From: Tagaea sp.
Lineage (GTDB): Bacteria > Pseudomonadota > Alphaproteobacteria > CACIAM-22H2
NCBI GenBank assembly: GCA_965279525.1
Contig: CBDIIB010000003.1
Span: 128,001-192,000 of the forward strand
DNA length: 64,000 nt
Direction of reading: 5' to 3'
The translations under genes were made by a program, and so were the position numbers. Each line of letters opens with the position of its first letter. The stretch's first letter is position 1. Shown here piece after piece: positions 56,682-64,000 of this stretch. The notes below the pieces were generated by a model. The model did not search any database. It worked only from the letters and a program-made list of their open reading frames with translations, and was not told where the DNA came from.

Positions 56682-57959
56682 ATGGACGCCACCGTTCTCG
56701 TCATCGCGACCTTCGTCGTACTCTTCATCCTCGGCTTCCCGGTGGTTATCGCCGTGTTGATGCCCTCGATCATCTACGTGCTGTGGGAAGGCATCCCGCT
56801 GGCCATGGTCGGCCAGCGCACGGTCTACGCTCTCGACTCCTTCCCGTTGATGGCGGTGCCGATTTTCATTTTCGTCGGTGCCCTGATGAACTCGTCGGGC
56901 ATCACCACGCGCATCTACAAATTCGCCGCTACGGCGTTCGGCCGCCTGCCCGGAGGCCTCGCCCAGGTCAACATCGCCGGCAGCCTGATCTTCTCCGGCA
57001 TGTCGGGCGCCGCTCTGGCCGATGTCGGCGGCCTCGGCCGGGTCGAGATCAAGGCAATGAAGGAGCACGGCTTCAAGCCGGCCTACGCCTCGGCCCTGAC
57101 CTGCGCCTCGGCCATCGTCGGGCCGATCTTCCCGCCGAGCATCCCGCTGATCATCTACGCCTCCGTCGCCAATGTCTCAAGCGTGCAGCTTTTGCTCGCC
57201 GGCATCGGCCCGGCGCTGATCTGCGTCCTCATGCTCTCGATCACCGTGGCCGTCGTCGGCATCATCGGAAATCACCCGCGCGCCGCGCGCTGGCCGACGA
57301 TCGGCGAAGTGTGGCGCGACTTCGTCCCCGCATTCCCCGCTCTGTTCACGCCGGTGCTGCTGATCAGCGGTATGCTGCTGGGCTACTTCACGCCCACCGA
57401 GGCCGCGGCGGTCACCGTCGTCTACATCCTCCTGGTCAGCGCCTGCTACGGCGAGTTCGACCTGCACCACATCTATCTGGCAGCCATCGACACCATCAAA
57501 GGCACGGCGGCGATCATGGCCATCGTCGCGGTAGCCGCGATGTTCGGCTGGATCCTCGCGGTCGAGCAGGTGCCGCAATGGTTCAACGGCTGGATTACCG
57601 GCATCAGCAACGACCCGCTTGTCCTGCTGCTGATCCTCAACGTCATCCTGCTGATCGTTGGTATGTTCATCGACAGCACCACGGCGACGCTGCTGCTCGT
57701 TCCCATCCTCTGCCCTCCCATCGTCGCCGCCGGCGTCGACCCGATTCAGCTCGGCCTGATCGTCATCTTCAACCTGATGATCGGCCTAGTGACACCGCCC
57801 ATGGGCCTGTCGCTGTTCCTGATGAGCGACATCGCCAAGGTGCCGATGCGCGAGATCCTCAAGGCGATGATCCCCTTCTATCCGCCCCTGCTGCTGACGC
57901 TGGCCATCATCACGCTGGTGCCGGAGGTGTCGCTGTGGGTTCCCGACCTTTTGAAGTAG
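56682..57959 (+). CDS. dctM: TRAP transporter large permease
   Basis: FSGMSGAALAD, PIFPPSIPLI, FTPTEA, GLVTPPMG. Confidence 0.94.
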   Translation: MDATVLVIATFVVLFILGFPVVIAVLMPSIIYVLWEGIPLAMVGQRTVYALDSFPLMAVPIFIFVGALMNSSGITTRIYKFAATAFGRLPGGLAQVNIAGSLIFSGMSGAALADVGGLGRVEIKAMKEHGFKPAYASALTCASAIVGPIFPPSIPLIIYASVANVSSVQLLLAGIGPALICVLMLSITVAVVGIIGNHPRAARWPTIGEVWRDFVPAFPALFTPVLLISGMLLGYFTPTEAAAVTVVYILLVSACYGEFDLHHIYLAAIDTIKGTAAIMAIVAVAAMFGWILAVEQVPQWFNGWITGISNDPLVLLLILNVILLIVGMFIDSTTATLLLVPILCPPIVAAGVDPIQLGLIVIFNLMIGLVTPPMGLSLFLMSDIAKVPMREILKAMIPFYPPLLLTLAIITLVPEVSLWVPDLLK

Positions 57960-57966
57960 CGTAGGG

Positions 57967-58665
57967 ATGATGGCCAACCGCTCCGAGTCCCTGCCTGCCG
58001 CCGAGATCGTGCCCATACGGCGTGCGAGCCTGCACGATGAGGTGGTCAGCCGGGTGCGCGACATGATCGTCGAGGGCCAGTTCAGCTTCGGCACCCGCAT
58101 CCACGAAGGCCGGCTCTGCGAGCAGCTCGGCATCTCGCGCACGCCACTGCGTGAGGCACTCAAGGTACTCGCCACCGAGGGCCTGGTCGACCTCTCGCCC
58201 AACCGCGGCGCCATCGTGCGCGAGGTGACGCCCAAAGACATGCGCGACATGCTGCGGGTGCTGGGCCAGCTCGAGGCCCTGGCAGGCGAGCTCGCCTGCG
58301 CCAATGCCAGCGAGGCCGATATCGCCGCCATCCATGAGATGCACCAGCGGATGATGGAGCACTATACGGCCCGCAACCGCATGGAGTATTTCAAGCTCAA
58401 CCAGGCAATCCACAGCGCCTTCGTGCGCCTGGCCGACAACCCGACCCTGCAGGCGATGCACGAGACCCTGCAGGCGCGCATAAAGCGCATCCGCTACATC
58501 GGCAACGACCGCGACACGCAGTGGCACGACGCGGTCGACGACCACGAGAAGATGATCGCCGCCCTGCTCAAGCGCGACGGCCCGGCCCTCGGCCGGGTGC
58601 TGCGCTTTCATCTCGAGCGCACCTGGGACCGGGTGCGCAACGTGCTGGATGTCGGCGACCTCTAG
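57967..58665 (+). CDS. GntR family transcriptional regulator (FCD domain)
   Basis: LCEQLGISRTPLREALKVL, PNRGA. Confidence 0.94.
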   Translation: MMANRSESLPAAEIVPIRRASLHDEVVSRVRDMIVEGQFSFGTRIHEGRLCEQLGISRTPLREALKVLATEGLVDLSPNRGAIVREVTPKDMRDMLRVLGQLEALAGELACANASEADIAAIHEMHQRMMEHYTARNRMEYFKLNQAIHSAFVRLADNPTLQAMHETLQARIKRIRYIGNDRDTQWHDAVDDHEKMIAALLKRDGPALGRVLRFHLERTWDRVRNVLDVGDL

Positions 58666-58692
58666 AATGACGCGCGCGAAGGAGAGCATCCC

Positions 58693-59577
58693 ATGACGGC
58701 ACAGGCGGCGATCGGCTTCATCGGTCTTGGCCTGATGGGGCAGGGCTTCACCAGGCGCCTGGCGGAGAGTGGCTTCAAGGTTACCGGCTACGACATTGTC
58801 GCCGACAAGGTGAAGGCGGCCTCCGCCCATGGTGTCGCGGCAGCCGCCTCACCCGCCGCCGTGGCCGCCGCCAGCGACATCGTGCTTGTCTGCGTCACCT
58901 CGACCGATGCAGTGCAGGAAGCCGTGTTCGGCAGCGGCGGGATCGCCGAGACCCCCGGTACAGGCAAGGTGCTCGTCGACCACTCGACCACCGAGGTCGA
59001 GGCCACGAAGCAGTTTGCCGCCGACCTGTTGAAGCGCTCGGGCATGAAATGGGTGGACGCGCCGGTGTCCGGCGGCCCGGGGGCCGCCGCATCCGGCTCG
59101 CTCGCCATCATGGCCGGCGGCAACGCGGACGCCATCAGGCAGGTCGAGCCGGTGATGGCAAGACTGGCGGCGAAATTCACCCCTATGGGCGACGTGGGTG
59201 CCGGCCAGATCACCAAGATGATCAACCAGGTGCTGGTGCTGACCAACTACTGCGTGATCGCCGAAGCCATCAGGCTGGGCGAGAAATGCGGCATCGATGT
59301 TGCGAAGATTCCGGAGGCGCTGGCCACCGGTCATGCCGGCAGCAATCTTCTCAAGGACGTGACGCCGCGGCTGGTCGGCCGAGACTTCGCGCCGCGCGGC
59401 TATATCCGCCAGGTGCTCAAGGACCTCGACATGGTCCATGACCTCGCCAAGGAGGTGAAGGCACCCACCCCCATGGTCTCTCAGGCCGCGTCTCTCTACC
59501 GCCTGATGGTCGCCCGCGGCCACAGCGAGCTCGATGCCTGCGCGGTGATGCGCCTCTATCTCGACGAACCCGTCTGA
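58693..59577 (+). CDS. NAD(P)-dependent beta-hydroxyacid dehydrogenase (3-hydroxyisobutyrate dehydrogenase family)
   Basis: GFIGLGLMG, VDAPVSGG, KMINQ, KDL. Confidence 0.92.
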   Translation: MTAQAAIGFIGLGLMGQGFTRRLAESGFKVTGYDIVADKVKAASAHGVAAAASPAAVAAASDIVLVCVTSTDAVQEAVFGSGGIAETPGTGKVLVDHSTTEVEATKQFAADLLKRSGMKWVDAPVSGGPGAAASGSLAIMAGGNADAIRQVEPVMARLAAKFTPMGDVGAGQITKMINQVLVLTNYCVIAEAIRLGEKCGIDVAKIPEALATGHAGSNLLKDVTPRLVGRDFAPRGYIRQVLKDLDMVHDLAKEVKAPTPMVSQAASLYRLMVARGHSELDACAVMRLYLDEPV

Positions 59578-59584
59578 TCCGGTC

Positions 59585-60493
59585 ATGGCAGGCCTCGAGA
59601 TCGTCGACGCGCACCACCATTTTTGGGACCTCGACGGCCCCCTGCACTACCCGTGGCTCGAGGATGCGCCGCTAGCGACGTTCCGCTACGGCGACTACTC
59701 CGCCATTCGCCGCTCCTATCTGCCGCAGGACTTCCGCCACGACACGGCCCGCCATAACGTCGTCGCGACCGTGCACATGGAGGCGGAGGTGCGGCACGAC
59801 CAGGAAGTCGCCGAGACGCGCTGGATCCACGATATCGCCGAGCGCCACGGCTTGCCGACCGCCTGTATCGGTCACGCCCGTTTCGAGTCGGAGGACATCG
59901 CGGCGGTGCTAAAGGGGCATGCCGCCTATCCACTCATGCGCGCCATCCGCCAGAAGCCGGCGGCTTCGCGCTCGGCCATAGAGATCGTCAGAGGCGCACC
60001 CGGCTCCATGGGCGACCCGGTCTGGCGACGCGGCTACGCCCGCCTCGCCGATCACGGGCTGCACTACGAGTTGCAGACACCCTACTGGCATCTTCCTGAG
60101 GCGGCGGAGCTGGCGCGCGCCTTCCCGGATATTCGCATCCTGCTCAACCACACCGGTGTGCCCCACGATCGCAGCGCGGCGGGTGTCGCGGCCTGGCGGG
60201 AAGGGTTGGCCGCCTTTGCCGCCGAGCCCAATACGCGGATCAAGATTTCCGGCATCGGCGAGGCGGGGCAGACGTGGACCGTCACATCCAACCGGCCCAT
60301 CGTGTTGACCGCCATCGAGCTCTTTGGCGTCGACCGCTGCCTCTTCGCCAGCAATTTCCCGGTCGACAGCCTCTGCGGCAGTTACGACGCGATCTTCGAC
60401 GGCTTCAAGGAGATCGTCGCCCACATGCCGGATGCCGACCAGCGGAAGCTGTTCCGCGACAACGCGCTTCGCGAGTACCGGATCCGCCTCTAG
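59585..60493 (+). CDS. Amidohydrolase family protein (lactonase-like)
   Basis: IVDAHHHFWD, LNHTG, KISG, FASNFPVD. Confidence 0.92.
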   Translation: MAGLEIVDAHHHFWDLDGPLHYPWLEDAPLATFRYGDYSAIRRSYLPQDFRHDTARHNVVATVHMEAEVRHDQEVAETRWIHDIAERHGLPTACIGHARFESEDIAAVLKGHAAYPLMRAIRQKPAASRSAIEIVRGAPGSMGDPVWRRGYARLADHGLHYELQTPYWHLPEAAELARAFPDIRILLNHTGVPHDRSAAGVAAWREGLAAFAAEPNTRIKISGIGEAGQTWTVTSNRPIVLTAIELFGVDRCLFASNFPVDSLCGSYDAIFDGFKEIVAHMPDADQRKLFRDNALREYRIRL

Positions 60494-60512
60494 AGCCGAT
60501 TCCGATCACGCT
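60490..60512. repeat. IS630-like terminal inverted repeat at the right edge of module D
   Basis: CTAGAGCCGATTCCGATCACGCT; exact inverted copy of 53929-53951. Confidence 0.75.
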
Positions 60513-60810
60513 TCGGTCTGGCCGGCGTTCCGTTGAACTCCAAGTATCCTTTGGGGATCGATGGGGGCATCCGGGGTTCTGGTGACAGAAATCTGATCGA
60601 AAATCCAGCCTGCTTGACAGCTCTCAATCAGTGGGTTTGACGGAAAATCCGGGCGGCAAAATTCGCCTGGTTCTTAGTTCATGAAGGCTAACACCACGAC
60701 TACTTCGCAACACGCGCACCTCGATCTCCGTCCGACCTTGATCAAGTGATGCAGTTGCGATGCTTCTGTCGAGTAAATCTAAGCAGCCGGCTCCGGGTTC
60801 CGAGGAATTG

Positions 60811-61110
60811 CTATTGAGCTGTTCGGATTGTCGCCTCGAATGCTATCCGGCTCTGGTCGCCAAGCGTCGAGTACCTGAGACGCATGCCGTAGAATTTCTC
60901 GATACAGTCGAAAACGCCGACGCGTGCTTCGACACCTGAGAGATGGATATTCCGACTGACGCGCTCGGCGAGATAACGTCCTCGATGGCCGCATCGCATC
61001 GATCGGTACGGGACATGTTCATTGGGCACGCGACATCCTGGTCGACGACCAGCCGCCAAAATGCCTCGCCGTTATGCTGGCTGCTGCGATCCGAGTGCCG
61101 GAGTCCTGCC
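60811..61110 (-). pseudogene. Degraded, frameshifted IS3-family transposase (integrase core C-terminus)
   Basis: Two frames give HSDRSSQ...MSRTDRCDAAIE and ERVSR...EARVGVFDCIEKFY...RYSTLGDQSRIAFE, matching the IS3 pattern HSDxGSQY, MSRxGNxxDNAxxE, FDYIExFYN..RHSTLGY.SP..FE. Confidence 0.8.
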
Positions 61111-61212
61111 ACGCCGCCTGCGAACTCGGCAATGTTGGCGAAGCCGCGTTGGACGTGTCGGTCATTCGTTATTGCGGCGCCACTTTGCACCGCCAATTGC
61201 GCCTCGATACAG

Positions 61213-61274
61213 ATGGCAGTACTGCCATTTCACTGCCAAACTGAACCCCATTCCAACCCCATTCCACTGCCAAA
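61213..61274. repeat. Clustered ACTGCCA repeats (candidate integrase arm-type sites)
   Basis: 16-bp palindrome ATGGCAGTACTGCCAT (61213-61228); CACTGCCAAA at 61231 and 61265. Confidence 0.55.
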
Positions 61275-61365
61275 TCGACCCCATACGAGCACTGTGGACG
61301 GAGGGTGGGGGTCGCAAGTTGTTGACTTAGCGAGCAGAAAATGGCCTATTTTTCGGTACCTAAGA

Positions 61366-61410
61366 TTCGGGAGCTAGGGGCCGGAGGTTCGAATCCTCTC
61401 GCTCCGACCA
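61366..61410 (+). repeat. 3' half of tRNA-Pro(CGG); attR-like direct repeat
   Basis: TTCGGGA anticodon loop, T-arm GGAGG-TTCGAAT-CCTCT, acceptor 3' strand and ACCA end; 5' acceptor strand and D-arm absent. Confidence 0.85.
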
Positions 61411-61511
61411 AATTTTTCCAGTGACTTAGCCGTCATTTGATCCGCGGAAGGTCTCCGAAGACCAATTCGCGTCGGTGTCCAGGATCTCCGGCAAAAAGGC
61501 GACTCGCGTCG

Positions 61512-62531
61512 ATGACTTCAAGCCATTCGGCCATGGCGACCGAGACCGCTGAAATTCCCCGCGTCCTTGCAGAAATCGTCGCGCGGCGTGCGTCGATTGC
61601 CGAACTGGCCGGTCGCATCGACGTGCGGTCGGCGGCGGTTGCCGTGCTATGCGGGCGCGGGAGCTCGGGGCATGCGGCAACGTACCTGCGTTACCTCATC
61701 GAGACGCGTCTGGGAATCCCCGTATCTTCCGCAGCGCCATCCGTTTCGACCGTGTTCGGCGCCAAGCTCAAACTCACCGGCGCGCTGTTCGTCGTCATAT
61801 CGCAGTCCGGGAAAAGCCCGGACCTGGTTGCGGCGACGAAGGCTGCTCGGGCGGGTGGAGCCCAGACGGTCGCAATCGTCAACGAGGCGGAATCGGCCGT
61901 CGCTATGGCGGCCGAACATGTGCTTGCGTTGCAGGCCGGGCGCGAAAGGTCCGTTGCCGCCACGAAATCGGTTGTCGCGTCGATGTTCGCGGGCGCCGAA
62001 CTGGTTGCCGCTCTTGCCGACGATTCCAAGCTCCAGAGCGCGCTCGCCCGGCTGCCGGATCGGACGACGTCGGGATTGCGTCTCGATTGGGGAAGCGTGA
62101 GCGAAGCGCTGCAGAACGCATCTTGTTTATATACGACATCGCGCGGGTTCGGCCTCGGCCCCGTGCGCGAACTCGCTCTCAAATGTGCCGAGACGCTGAG
62201 ATTGCCGGCACTTGCCTACAGTGCGGCGGAACTGCTCCATGGTCCGCGCGCGGCAGTCACGACCGGCACGCCGGTTCTCGCATTGCGCCTGGACGACGCC
62301 AGTGCAAGCGGGATCGATGCGCTAGCGCGCGATCTCGTCGCTTCCAAGGTTCCGCTGTTCCTTGCCGGCGGACCGGCTTCTGGCCTCCCCTGGATCGGCG
62401 ACGATCATCCGGCAACTGACGCGATCGCGATGCTCGCACCTGCGTATCTGATGATCGAGCGGGCGGCCCGAATGATGGGATACGATCCCGATCGTCCGCC
62501 ACATCTGTCGAAAGTGACCGAAACTCTCTGA
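61512..62531 (+). CDS. SIS domain protein (glucosamine-6-phosphate deaminase/isomerase-like)
   Basis: GRGSSGHA, ISQSGKSPD, VAATKS, ELALK, AELLHGP; no glutaminase domain. Confidence 0.9.
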   Translation: MTSSHSAMATETAEIPRVLAEIVARRASIAELAGRIDVRSAAVAVLCGRGSSGHAATYLRYLIETRLGIPVSSAAPSVSTVFGAKLKLTGALFVVISQSGKSPDLVAATKAARAGGAQTVAIVNEAESAVAMAAEHVLALQAGRERSVAATKSVVASMFAGAELVAALADDSKLQSALARLPDRTTSGLRLDWGSVSEALQNASCLYTTSRGFGLGPVRELALKCAETLRLPALAYSAAELLHGPRAAVTTGTPVLALRLDDASASGIDALARDLVASKVPLFLAGGPASGLPWIGDDHPATDAIAMLAPAYLMIERAARMMGYDPDRPPHLSKVTETL

Positions 62532-62540
62532 TTCGGCGTT

Positions 62541-63509
62541 TCAGATCGCGGAAGCGTCACGGACGGAAACGGCACCCGCGACCGACCGGACGTCGACCCG
62601 CGCTTCGAGACGGAGGATGGCCGCACGAGTCGGAACGGTACGCGCACCGCCGACATGCGATACCGCGAACGCGCCACAGGCCGTGGCGCGGGCAAGGCAG
62701 GCAGCAGGCGAAGCGCTGTCGATCCACGCGTCGATGAAACCGGCGGCGAACGCGTCGCCAGCACCCGTCGCATCGACGACGTCGACGGCCAGCGCCGTCG
62801 ACGCGAGCTGCCGAGTGCCATCGGACCAGATCGCCCCCTGCCGGCCCCGCTTCAGAACGACCGTCGGCCCGCTCGTCGCGAGCATCTGGAGGAGCGGTTC
62901 GGGCCGGTCGACCGGCAGTCCCGTCAGGGCGGCGGCCTCGGGCGCGTTGGGAATCAGCAGGTCGACGGCTCGCGCCAGCGCCAATGCACCTGGCAGCCGG
63001 ATCGCGGCGTCGTCCCATGCCACGTCGAGCGAGATCGTGATCCCGCATTCGCGCGCAACGTCGATCAGCCACCGGGCATCAAGAAGCGTGGCGAGTTCGG
63101 CGACGTGCAAGTGCCGAACGCCGCCTTGTCGCAGACGATCTGCGAGACTGTCGGGAACCGCCGGACCCGCACGGTGCGTGACGAAGGATCGGTCGTCGCC
63201 GACCGCGAGCGCCACGGTCAGCTGGGGCCCGCCGTCGAAACGCTGGAGCAGCGAAAGCCCGACTCCCGATTTGCGGAGTTGCGGCTCGAGCGTGCACGAG
63301 ACCGGATCGGTTCCGAGCGACGCGGCGAGCTCGACACTCCGGCCAAGGTTGTGAAGGAACGCCGCCGAAATGAGCGCACCGCCGCCGGGCGTCACGACGA
63401 CGGCGTCCGCATAGTGCTCGCGACCGATCTGCGGCATCGCCTTCAGGCCGGTCATCACGATGTCGGCGTAGAGACGGCCGACGCAGACAATGGCACCCTT
63501 CGTTTTCAC
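62541..63509 (-). CDS. PfkB family carbohydrate kinase
   Basis: [20 protein letters not shown]; GTG start overlapping the upstream stop. Confidence 0.9.
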   Translation of the reverse strand: MKTKGAIVCVGRLYADIVMTGLKAMPQIGREHYADAVVVTPGGGALISAAFLHNLGRSVELAASLGTDPVSCTLEPQLRKSGVGLSLLQRFDGGPQLTVALAVGDDRSFVTHRAGPAVPDSLADRLRQGGVRHLHVAELATLLDARWLIDVARECGITISLDVAWDDAAIRLPGALALARAVDLLIPNAPEAAALTGLPVDRPEPLLQMLATSGPTVVLKRGRQGAIWSDGTRQLASTALAVDVVDATGAGDAFAAGFIDAWIDSASPAACLARATACGAFAVSHVGGARTVPTRAAILRLEARVDVRSVAGAVSVRDASAI

Positions 63510-64000
63510 GCAGTCAATCCATGGCGGATCGCGCGCCCGCCAGCCGTCTCGAACAAATGGAGGTTCGCCGGATCGGCACCGAGCATGACGCGGTCGCCCG
63601 GTCGCGGCAGGACACGGTCCGCGCATTTGGCGACGACTTCGTGCGGGCCCATCTGGCCATAGACGAGCGCGTCGTGTCCCAGCGGCTCGACGACCTTCAC
63701 GACCGCTTCGGCGCGGATCGGGGCCGAAGCGCCGCCGGCGAGGACTCGCAGGTCGTCCGGCCGGACGCCCACGGTGAGTTCGCCCGGAACCTGCTCCGGC
63801 GATGCGAGCGACACGAGACCTTCGATCTCGATGCGGCCGGAGACATTTCGGGCCGAAAACATGTTCATCGATGGCGATCCGATGAATCGCGCAACGAACA
63901 TGTCGACCGGCCGCCTGTAGATCTCGTCGGGCGTACCCGTCTGGAGAATCTCGCCGTCCTTCATGATGACGATACGATCGGCGAGCGTCATCGCCTCGAC
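63506..64000 (-). CDS. Sugar ABC transporter ATP-binding protein (MalK/UgpC type), 5' end outside window
   Basis: [32 protein letters not shown]. Confidence 0.92.
   Translation of the reverse strand, partial: VEAMTLADRIVIMKDGEILQTGTPDEIYRRPVDMFVARFIGSPSMNMFSARNVSGRIEIEGLVSLASPEQVPGELTVGVRPDDLRVLAGGASAPIRAEAVVKVVEPLGHDALVYGQMGPHEVVAKCADRVLPRPGDRVMLGADPANLHLFETAGGRAIRHGLTA

Larger units (their letters stand above)
1..61410. mobile_element. Putative catabolic genomic island integrated at tRNA-Pro(CGG); left end lies outside the window
   Basis: Ends in a 3'-half tRNA-Pro copy (61366-61410); IS3/IS630 debris near this end; all-accessory gene content; visibly higher GC right after 61410. No integrase in window. 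Confidence 0.7.

Noticed and set aside
61213-61285. CRISPR array
   Set aside because: Repeats are 7-11 bp, irregularly spaced, with no cas genes.
61330-61410. Intact tRNA-Pro gene
   Set aside because: No 5' acceptor strand or D-arm, and the 5' anticodon stem does not pair fully; only the 3' half is present.
61512-62531. glmS
   Set aside because: Only SIS domains; no N-terminal Cys glutaminase domain.

Overview
Alphaproteobacterial-type (inferred from gene content and GC richness) accessory DNA, almost all catabolic and transport genes. Positions 1-61410 look like the right part of a genomic island: it ends in a 45-bp 3' half of tRNA-Pro(CGG) (61366-61410, attR-like), preceded by repeated ACTGCCA motifs and IS debris. 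Past that point a visibly more GC-rich sugar/amino-sugar locus begins (SIS protein, PfkB kinase, sugar ABC ATPase). The island reads as a mosaic of four modules, each with its own regulator and a candidate operator motif visible in the sequence. (A) 1-28.1 kb, GntR: two molybdenum-hydroxylase large subunits with one FAD subunit, one 2Fe-2S subunit and CoxG, an acyl-CoA ligase, a TauD dioxygenase, two PhtD-like decarboxylases, a DHPON-hydrolase-like enzyme, and peptide-type ABC and TAXI-TRAP transporters; probably an uncharacterised heteroaromatic-acid pathway. (B) 28.7-34.2 kb, LysR: an all-exported cassette of two alpha/beta hydrolases, a CMD/AhpD-like protein, a cupin, a P460-family c-type cytochrome apparently lacking the cross-link Lys, and a DUF4405-like membrane protein. 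(C) 34.2-53.6 kb, FadR: a CoA-dependent acid pathway (CitE, three MaoC proteins, two CaiB transferases, acyl-CoA dehydrogenase, BKACE, MmgE/PrpD, SDRs) with no thiolase or crotonase. (D) 53.9-60.5 kb, GntR: PdxA-family enzyme, TRAP transporter, dehydrogenase and amidohydrolase, bounded exactly by 23-bp inverted IS630-like ends. No rRNA, intact tRNA, CRISPR array or integrase is seen. All functional calls come from motif recognition by eye, not database searches.
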